Positions 58,169-64,000 of a stretch of DNA of 64,000 nucleotides are shown here, one piece after another. Under the pieces are notes generated by a model. It was not told where the DNA came from and searched no databases. It saw only the letters and a program-made list of their open reading frames with translations. Where the stretch lies: the IMG/VR virus record IMGVR_UViG_3300000233_000008, positions 4,200-68,199 of that record; one strand, given 5' to 3'. The translations under genes and the position numbers were made by a program. Every line of letters starts with the position of its first letter. Position 1 is the stretch's first letter. This DNA is from a virus.

Positions 58169-58479
58169 GCTCATACGTACTTATACACCGTGACGATATT
58201 GGAATGGTAATCCAAAATTTAGAAGCACTTAAAACAGAACTTACCATACTATTAGAAAACTCCCAAGATATCTATGATGCTAATGAAAAACTTTCAGAAA
58301 TCATACACGAGTTAGAAGACAGCAATTTAAAACCTGTTTACATTCACCCATCTAATAGACCACCAATCATCAAACAATGGCAAAAAGGTGTTATTGAAGA
58401 TATCAATTTTTGTCTTCAATCATTTGATAAAGCCCTCTCATCTAATTTCATTGAAACTCTTTTTCCAGACGCCTCTTAG
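58165..58479 (+). CDS. Hypothetical protein
   Basis: ATGA overlap. Confidence 0.6.
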   Translation: MSSYVLIHRDDIGMVIQNLEALKTELTILLENSQDIYDANEKLSEIIHELEDSNLKPVYIHPSNRPPIIKQWQKGVIEDINFCLQSFDKALSSNFIETLFPDAS

Positions 58480-58488
58480 GCGTTTTTT
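58469..58488 (+). terminator. Short terminator
   Basis: ACGCCT-CTT-AGGCGT followed by TTTTT. Confidence 0.65.
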
Positions 58489-58515
58489 GGTTTTTAGCTT
58501 CACGGAGTAATTCTA

Positions 58516-58668
58516 ATGCAACACAAATTCCCATTTAAAGGCATTCAGCAATTAATTCGTGAAGCTAACCTTTCTCATTTACTCATTAAAACACCTGAGC
58601 GCGACAAAGAATCTAAAGGCATCATTAACGCATACATGCATGAATTGTATGAAGACTTTGAGGATTAA
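58516..58668 (+). CDS. Small hypothetical protein (50 aa)
   Basis: GGAG RBS; read by hand. Confidence 0.55.
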   Translation: MQHKFPFKGIQQLIREANLSHLLIKTPERDKESKGIINAYMHELYEDFED

Positions 58669-58671
58669 CAA

Positions 58672-58995
58672 ATGTTACATCAACTTAAAGAGATATGCAG
58701 AGCATATTACGATAATGATCCAATCTCACAAGGTGTAATGATTAATGAAACCCTTTACAATCAAATTGTTAAAACCTACAATTTCCAACAGTTCACAAAC
58801 GGTGTTCGACCATACTTCAAACTCAAAGAATGTCAAGTATACCCTGATTCAACTATGCCTTTATTCTCTTATAAAGAGTATAGTCTCTGGGATCCTACTC
58901 CTGATGTTTTTGACTTTGATTTTTCTGCTCACAAAAAACTAGAAATTATGGCTCTTTTAGGAGACCCAGCATGTCTTACAGAATCTACAACGTAA
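58672..58995 (+). CDS. Hypothetical protein (SAHxK family, probable paralog of 53055-53375)
   Basis: VMINETLYNQI, VYPDS, SAHKKL. Confidence 0.65.
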   Translation: MLHQLKEICRAYYDNDPISQGVMINETLYNQIVKTYNFQQFTNGVRPYFKLKECQVYPDSTMPLFSYKEYSLWDPTPDVFDFDFSAHKKLEIMALLGDPACLTESTT

Positions 58996-59183
58996 CCAAC
59001 ATTCAATGGGACAAAGAGATTGATGGCACTATTGCCGTTGTTAGGCTTCCTTCAGAAGTCAACATCCCTATTTTCTCTGACCCAAAAGTGTCTACTGAGC
59101 AAGTTGAATTTGAAATTGCCGACGGCCTTTCCGAAACATTCGGATGGCTCGTTAAAAGCTTTAATTATAAGGTAGCAAACTGA
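58971..59183 (+). CDS. Hypothetical protein
   Basis: GGAG RBS; VTNIQWD, IADGLSETFGWLVKSF. Confidence 0.65.
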   Translation: MSYRIYNVTNIQWDKEIDGTIAVVRLPSEVNIPIFSDPKVSTEQVEFEIADGLSETFGWLVKSFNYKVAN

Positions 59184-59518
59184 TGTTTTACACATTTAGA
59201 CAAAACAATTCTGGTGGATACTATTCAGGACCGCAGTATATCATTATTGAAGCTGCTGATGCAGAAGAAGCCAATGAACGCTCTCAATCTACCCAAATCT
59301 ATTTTGATGGTGCTAGCAATGACGGTCCTGATTGCCCTTGCTGCGGAGACCGCTGGTACAGAGCTTATTCCAATGATAAAGGTACTGACCAACCAGAAAT
59401 CTACGGATACAACCAATTTCAAGATGATGAGTGGGTTCAAACAGATGCTAATGATGAAGATATGGATCTTGAAATCCACTATCTTAATGATGCAACAGTT
59501 TACTTCAAAAGGGCATAA
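59183..59518 (+). CDS. Conserved phage protein (QNNSGG / CPCCGDRW type)
   Basis: Recognisable widespread phage motif pair. Confidence 0.75.
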   Translation: MFYTFRQNNSGGYYSGPQYIIIEAADAEEANERSQSTQIYFDGASNDGPDCPCCGDRWYRAYSNDKGTDQPEIYGYNQFQDDEWVQTDANDEDMDLEIHYLNDATVYFKRA

Positions 59519-59520
59519 TC

Positions 59521-59772
59521 ATGCGTGAATACACTATCAAAATAAAGCCAGTTTACAAAATTGTAGCATTTGATGGTAATTCACTCGTCTCTGCTTACGA
59601 CCTTGTAAAGGATGAACGTGGTTGCTGGGGTTGGAATTACCCCATTGAAGAAGAATACAAAACAGAAGAAGAAGCCCTGCAAGGTATTGAAAAGTATCTT
59701 ACAGACCCAAAAAACCATTCATATTCGTTTTCTGTTTTGAAATTCTTTGTGAGAGACTATATCTACTCATAA
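59521..59772 (+). CDS. Hypothetical protein
   Basis: Tightly packed ORF. Confidence 0.6.
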   Translation: MREYTIKIKPVYKIVAFDGNSLVSAYDLVKDERGCWGWNYPIEEEYKTEEEALQGIEKYLTDPKNHSYSFSVLKFFVRDYIYS

Positions 59773-59781
59773 GAAATTAAT

Positions 59782-59858
59782 GATTCCGTAGCTCAACTGG
59801 ACAGAGCAAGAGCCTTCTAAGCTCAAGGTTGGGGGTTCGAGTCCCTCCGGAATCGCCA
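59782..59858 (+). tRNA. tRNA-Arg(TCT)
   Basis: Cloverleaf, loop CTTCTAA, A20, GCCA end. Confidence 0.95.
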
Positions 59859-59874
59859 TTAAAAAAGTGTAACC

Positions 59875-60129
59875 ATGAAACTCCCTAAAAACTCAAAAGT
59901 CCTTTTCCGAGGAAGACGGCATTTCATTCTTGAAAGAGATGAAACGTTTACAGACACAAAGTACATTTACTATGATGTTTACGTTTACTCCTTTAACGCT
60001 TCTCGCTGGATGTATTCAAAATCTATGGGCAGCTTTGCTGACTACCAAAATGCCTACGATTGCCTTGTAGAACAAGAAGCCATATATGAGTATAGAATGC
60101 AAAACGCATTAAACCCTAAACCAATTTAA
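59875..60129 (+). CDS. Hypothetical protein
   Basis: ORF between tRNAs. Confidence 0.55.
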   Translation: MKLPKNSKVLFRGRRHFILERDETFTDTKYIYYDVYVYSFNASRWMYSKSMGSFADYQNAYDCLVEQEAIYEYRMQNALNPKPI

Positions 60130-60141
60130 TAAAACTATCAT

Positions 60142-60219
60142 CAGTGTGTGGGAAAGCTTGGTTAATCTGCCTCACTTGGAATGAGGAGAACGCTGGTTCA
60201 AATCCAGCCACACTGACCA
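60142..60219 (+). tRNA. tRNA-Pro(TGG)
   Basis: Cloverleaf, loop CTTGGAA, CCA. Confidence 0.92.
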
Positions 60220-60227
60220 ACCATTGT

Positions 60228-60302
60228 TCGAGATTAGCTTAGCGGTAGAGCATCTGGCTGTTAACCAGAGGGTCGTAGGTTCGATCCCTACATCTCGAGC
60301 CA
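60228..60302 (+). tRNA. tRNA-Asn(GTT)
   Basis: Cloverleaf, loop CTGTTAA, GCCA end. Confidence 0.95.
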
Positions 60303-60312
60303 TATTATAAAC

Positions 60313-60385
60313 GGGCTGTGTAATGGGTTACGGGTGATCCTTGCAAGATCGCTGTCAATGGATTCAATTCCCATACGGTCCACCA
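60313..60385 (+). tRNA. Atypical tRNA-Ala(TGC)
   Basis: G3.U70 pair, A73, loop CTTGCAA, ACCA end; miniature D arm and 7-bp anticodon stem. Confidence 0.7.
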
Positions 60386-60409
60386 CTTTAACCAATAAGG
60401 TTTCAACAA

Positions 60410-60598
60410 ATGAAAAACCAACAAGTAAAAGTTTACTTTCCTTTCCTTCAAATCCTTACTTTGATTTTTATCACTCTCAAACTTACTGGATACATTTCTT
60501 GGTCTTGGTTGTGGGTACTTGCCCCAATGTGGATCCCTCTTGCTATCTTGCTTAGTTTCGCTTTATTCGCATTAACACTATATTACATTCTTAAGTAA
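60410..60598 (+). CDS. Small conserved phage membrane protein
   Basis: LTLIFITLKLTGYISWSWLWVLAPMWIP motif; AAGG RBS. Confidence 0.75.
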   Translation: MKNQQVKVYFPFLQILTLIFITLKLTGYISWSWLWVLAPMWIPLAILLSFALFALTLYYILK

Positions 60599-60601
60599 TA
60601 T

Positions 60602-60677
60602 TGGGAAATAGCTCAGTTGGTAGAGCGCCAGACTTTGAATCTGGATGTCGCCGGTTCGAACCCTGCTTTCCCATCCA
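60602..60677 (+). tRNA. tRNA-Gln(TTG)
   Basis: Cloverleaf, loop CTTTGAA, CCA. Confidence 0.93.
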
Positions 60678-60883
60678 AGATGAGTTCCAAAGCCCGTATC
60701 CCTATATTGGTTAAGACTTTGGAACAATAGTCCGGTGGCTACCTTGCCCGTAAGGGCGCATAGACAACTGATCGGTGTTGGCAAACCCGGCTATGGAGTG
60801 GAATGCTCCATACCTAAATAAAAGACAGAACATTTCAAGGCTTTCCAAAAAGATCGGAAGTTTGAGACTGCTTTCCCATCCAA
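60663..60883 (+). ncRNA. Structured 205-bp element flanked by a 16-bp duplication of the tRNA-Gln 3' end
   Basis: CTGCTTTCCCATCCAA at 60663 and 60868; internal stems including GCCC-GTAA-GGGC. Confidence 0.55.
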
Positions 60884-60902
60884 CAAAAACAAAGGAAATA
60901 CA

Positions 60903-61283
60903 ATGACACCTATCTACCTTCATAACTGGTCTTCCAAAGATGAAATGATTGCTGATTTTGAAAACGTATACGGCGCTGACAAACTAACAGACGAACAAAA
61001 AGCAAAATATGACCACGTTGATGTTATTCTTGCAAGCTATGGCACAGATAACTATTCTGGTGATGCGTTTGTTCTGTTTCAAAACAATGTAAATGGTCTT
61101 TATTACGAAGTCAATGGTTCTCATTGTTCGTGCTATGGACCTGAAGGTCAATGGGGTGAAGAACCTTGTGAACTTGAAGTCATTAAACACCGCGTTCTTG
61201 ATGGCCGCCTCGGCTCTGATGATTACTCTGATAACGTTTTCAAAACTGAGATCCTTGAAGTACTTGACTATTTGAATGCTTAA
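60903..61283 (+). CDS. Conserved phage protein
   Basis: AAGGA RBS; YSGDAFVLF...YEVNGSHCSCYG. Confidence 0.75.
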   Translation: MTPIYLHNWSSKDEMIADFENVYGADKLTDEQKAKYDHVDVILASYGTDNYSGDAFVLFQNNVNGLYYEVNGSHCSCYGPEGQWGEEPCELEVIKHRVLDGRLGSDDYSDNVFKTEILEVLDYLNA

Positions 61284-61289
61284 CAATAC

Positions 61290-61366
61290 GCCCAAGTGAT
61301 GGAATTGGTATACATATCAGTCTTAGAAACTGAGTTTTGAGAGTTCGAGTCTCTCCTTGGGCACCA
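61290..61366 (+). tRNA. tRNA-Leu(TAG) with short variable loop
   Basis: Cloverleaf, loop CTTAGAA, A73, CCA; 5-nt variable region. Confidence 0.88.
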
Positions 61367-61423
61367 TATACTATAAGCCCTATGTCTGGTTTAAGCATTG
61401 CTTATATTAGCTTAGGCACCCAT

Positions 61424-61497
61424 AGGACGGAAGTGTTACGGTAGCACGTTAGTCTCCAAAACTGAAGGCCAGGGTTCGACTCCCTGTCGTCCTGCCA
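61424..61497 (+). tRNA. tRNA-Trp(CCA)
   Basis: Cloverleaf, loop CTCCAAA, GCCA end. Confidence 0.92.
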
Positions 61498-61558
61498 TTA
61501 AGGAATATAAAATGAAAGTATTGTTTTACGATTAGAGAACCTCATAGGAGATCTAATC

Positions 61559-61873
61559 ATGTCTAAAACTTACAGAAATCACGTCCTTCTCAAAGAATAC
61601 TCTTTTGAAGAAGTTGCTAAACGTTACGGGCACCTTTTTTCAAAATACCCCGAAGAATTTGAAGATTTTAAACAAGCCTATGTAAAAGCCAAACAAGGTT
61701 ACTACGCTTGGAGTATTTTCAATTATGCACCAGAAGGTGCTAAAAAGTATTACAGAAAGCGCTTTAATAAACGTTTTCGTCAAGAATGCAAACAATATCT
61801 TCGTGATATTGAAAATGAAAGGTTTTTTCCGGTTGAAAAAGACTCTTTGGGTCAAATGTATTGGGATATGTAA
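61559..61873 (+). CDS. Hypothetical basic protein
   Basis: AGGAG RBS; MSKTYRN. Confidence 0.7.
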   Translation: MSKTYRNHVLLKEYSFEEVAKRYGHLFSKYPEEFEDFKQAYVKAKQGYYAWSIFNYAPEGAKKYYRKRFNKRFRQECKQYLRDIENERFFPVEKDSLGQMYWDM

Positions 61874-62052
61874 TGAATATTAAAGATCTAACAGAAAAAG
61901 ATGTAAATCGTAAAGTCATTTATTCCAGCTTTAACAGCAAAGAAGTTGGAGTAATTTCGTCTTGGAATGATAAATACATCTTTGTACGCTATGGAAACAA
62001 AACATTTGGAGAAGCTACTGATCCAAATGATTTGGAATACGAGCTTAACTAA
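61873..62052 (+). CDS. Small SH3/KOW-like hypothetical protein
   Basis: TAATG coupling; GVISSWNDKYIFVRY. Confidence 0.65.
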   Translation: MNIKDLTEKDVNRKVIYSSFNSKEVGVISSWNDKYIFVRYGNKTFGEATDPNDLEYELN

Positions 62053-62054
62053 TT

Positions 62055-62313
62055 AAAAAGCTTAATATACTACTTGTCCTTTCACGGTATATTAAGTTTT
62101 TTATGCATCCGAGGGTATGCGCCACAAAACCCTCACTTAATTCAAATTGCGTGTGCCGATAGTAGCTCTTGTCAAGCTATGCGCCGCATAAGTCTATAAC
62201 TAAATGATCCCTTCCGACCAAACAGACTAGGAACGTTCACCGGTGTAGTGTTATAGATTACCAGCACGGGGGTTTACTGGCATAGTGTTGCAACACTTGG
62301 GTACCCCCCACCA
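62055..62313 (+). ncRNA. Candidate multi-stem structured RNA ending in ACCA, upstream of HNH gene
   Basis: At least five stems in a non-coding stretch; the 3' hairpin ends in CCCCCC-ACCA. Confidence 0.5.
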
Positions 62314-62364
62314 ATTACTTATATACAATCACATTAGAATCACTAAACAAAGTTAGGAAACAAA

Positions 62365-62910
62365 ATGTGTAGCAGTCTAAATTATCCCGCACTTGTGCTT
62401 AATGCAGACTACTCCCCTCTTCAAATCTGGCCCCTCTCTACTTGGGACTTTGAGAAAACCTATTCTAAGGTTGTAAATAACAAAGTCTCAGTAGTTGCTC
62501 AATACGACGCAGTATTACGTTCTGCCAGAGCTGAGTACATTCCTCCTTCTGTTGTTGCCCTAAACAAGTATGTAAAAGTGCCTTCACGAGTTCCTTTTAG
62601 CCGACTTAATATTCTGCTTAGAGATGACTTCTCTTGCCAGTATTGTGGTTCTGATTTGAAACTCAACGAGATGACCTTCGACCACGTGGTACCACGCGCC
62701 AAAGGCGGTCTCACTAATTACACAAACATCGTCTCTTGTTGTTCAAAATGTAATGCTTTAAAGGCAGATAAAAACATTATGAAACCAAGAAGAAAACCAG
62801 ATTTCCCTAATCCAAGAGAAATGTGGAAACAACATCCCGAACAAGTTCTTAAACTTCATAAGACTTGGTTAGATTCACTTTACTGGTCTGGTGTTTTAGA
62901 CCAAAATTAG
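62365..62910 (+). CDS. HNH endonuclease (McrA/COG1403-like)
   Basis: ALVLNADYSPL, PSVVAL, RLNILLRDDFSCQYCG, TFDHVVPRAKGG, NIVSCCSKCNALKAD. Confidence 0.92.
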   Translation: MCSSLNYPALVLNADYSPLQIWPLSTWDFEKTYSKVVNNKVSVVAQYDAVLRSARAEYIPPSVVALNKYVKVPSRVPFSRLNILLRDDFSCQYCGSDLKLNEMTFDHVVPRAKGGLTNYTNIVSCCSKCNALKADKNIMKPRRKPDFPNPREMWKQHPEQVLKLHKTWLDSLYWSGVLDQN

Positions 62911-62932
62911 ATAAAATCTTTGGAACAGAAAC

Positions 62933-63208
62933 ATGACAAATAAAGTAATCAATCAAGAACTACTTATTCAAGCCTTGGCGTGGTTCATCGTAAACGATGA
63001 AACCAACGCCGGCGGGGATTGGGAGCAAGAAAACTACTTCTGGCTACAAAATCGTAGGCACGCTTATCAGTTTTTTGGTGGTTGGAAAGAAACTGTTAAG
63101 CTTGCTGAAGAGTTTTCTAAATCCATCCCAAAGAATTCTAATTATTCTGAAGACTATGAAAATGAATGGATGGAAGACGTCCGTAAATACACCTTCGCAA
63201 CAACTTAA
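62933..63208 (+). CDS. Hypothetical protein
   Basis: GGA RBS. Confidence 0.65.
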   Translation: MTNKVINQELLIQALAWFIVNDETNAGGDWEQENYFWLQNRRHAYQFFGGWKETVKLAEEFSKSIPKNSNYSEDYENEWMEDVRKYTFATT

Positions 63209-63220
63209 TGGAACATAATT

Positions 63221-63604
63221 ATGCGCGCTACTGCTCATCAATATCTTGAAGTAGTTAAGTCAGCCACCTCTTTTAACGAAGAAAACGCAAGACGCAGATT
63301 AACACAAATTACAAGTCGTTTGCAAATCATTGCAAATGACATTGTATTTATAGAAAAAATCATTAACGACGCCAAAGAACACTACGACGATACTCTATCT
63401 CTTGGTTACGTCATAGCTGACGAACCAAAATTTTCATATTTTACCCCACCAGATGAAACAACAAAAAGTTGGCAAAAACAAACCGACGGTTTAATAGACA
63501 TGTTAATACATTTTGAAGACTTTTCTAGAGAAACCTTTAAAAGACTTTATCAAGAGTCTATTGAAATTCAAGAAAATTTACGTAAATACGCCACTATAGC
63601 ATAA
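63221..63604 (+). CDS. Hypothetical protein; 3' end overlaps tRNA-His
   Basis: GGA RBS; helical. Confidence 0.6.
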   Translation: MRATAHQYLEVVKSATSFNEENARRRLTQITSRLQIIANDIVFIEKIINDAKEHYDDTLSLGYVIADEPKFSYFTPPDETTKSWQKQTDGLIDMLIHFEDFSRETFKRLYQESIEIQENLRKYATIA

Positions 63605-63664
63605 TGGTTAATGCCTCCAGCTGTGAACCGGAGAATTCTTGTTCAACTCAAGATAGTGGTACCA
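63590..63664 (+). tRNA. tRNA-His(GTG), alphaproteobacterial type
   Basis: GCCACTA/TAGTGGT acceptor, D arm GCAT/ATGC, loop CTGTGAA, T arm TCTTG-TTCAACT-CAAGA, A73-CCA; base -1 is C. Confidence 0.88.
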
Positions 63665-63679
63665 AATAGGAACAATAAA

Positions 63680-63946
63680 ATGAACTATACTATTGAAGAT
63701 GCTCACAGGCATATTATACCAGAACATCTACAACAAACATTTCAGAACTATGTAAAATACGGTACCCCACCTGGAAGTTTTACTCGTGCTGTCTTGTCTA
63801 ATGATTTTATTAATGCTGCTATTAAAGCAGATGATACTAATCGTCAAATTCTACCAGAGATTGCTAGATATGTTTACAACACTCTTCCAGAAGATTCTTG
63901 GGGATCTCACGAAAAAGTTGTAAAGCATTTACTAAAATTTCGCTGA
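63680..63946 (+). CDS. Conserved phage protein (PGSFxRAVLxND type)
   Basis: AGGA RBS before ATG63680; TPPGSFTRAVLSND...SWGS.EKV. The ATG63611 start lies inside tRNA-His. Confidence 0.72.
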   Translation: MNYTIEDAHRHIIPEHLQQTFQNYVKYGTPPGSFTRAVLSNDFINAAIKADDTNRQILPEIARYVYNTLPEDSWGSHEKVVKHLLKFR

Positions 63947-64000
63947 TTGGTTTTTTGGTTTTATACACTAAAACATGCTGAAACCTTCATAGCACTGCGC

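Noticed and set aside
61290-61497. Suppressor tRNAs or stop-codon reassignment
   Set aside because: Anticodon TAG reads CUA (Leu) and CCA reads UGG (Trp). Core genes are intact under the standard code.
62100-62313. tmRNA or IscB omega-RNA
   Set aside because: No T arm or G3.U70 tRNA-like domain and no tag ORF. The HNH is only 181 aa with no PLMP or RuvC motifs.
63611-63679. Extended N-terminus of the last ORF (MPPAVNRR...)
   Set aside because: It lies within tRNA-His, and an RBS supports ATG63680. Extended starts at 896, 9498, 48007 and 50717 were rejected for similar reasons.
1-64000. Lysogeny module
   Set aside because: No integrase or repressor recognised. The tRNA-Gln duplication brackets only 205 bp.

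Overview
Most of the genome of a lytic N4-like podophage (Schitoviridae). The assembly is circularly permuted, with the physical genome ends probably near 48.75-49.0 kb. 1-15.7 kb (+): middle/replication genes (Acb2/Tad1-like sponge, AAA+ ATPase with vWA-metallopeptidase partner, endolysin, Dda-like helicase, family A DNA polymerase, PD-(D/E)xK nuclease, primase, Sak4-like ATPase, SSB, RuvC-like resolvase). 15.7-48.7 kb (-): late module (about 3670-aa cysteine-free virion RNA polymerase, ejection/structural proteins, major capsid, portal, virion lysozyme, two tail fibre/appendage proteins, terminase, an HTH-metallophosphoesterase). 49-53 kb (+): compact early region with four hairpin promoter candidates, a gp2-like coactivator and the two RNAP II subunits. 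53-64 kb (+): accessory region with many small ORFs, a holin-Rz-Rz1 cassette separated from its endolysin, 13 tRNA genes (several atypical), three structured non-coding RNA candidates and an HNH endonuclease. tRNA-His identity elements suggest an alphaproteobacterial host. All family assignments come from motif recognition and N4 synteny; no database search was run.
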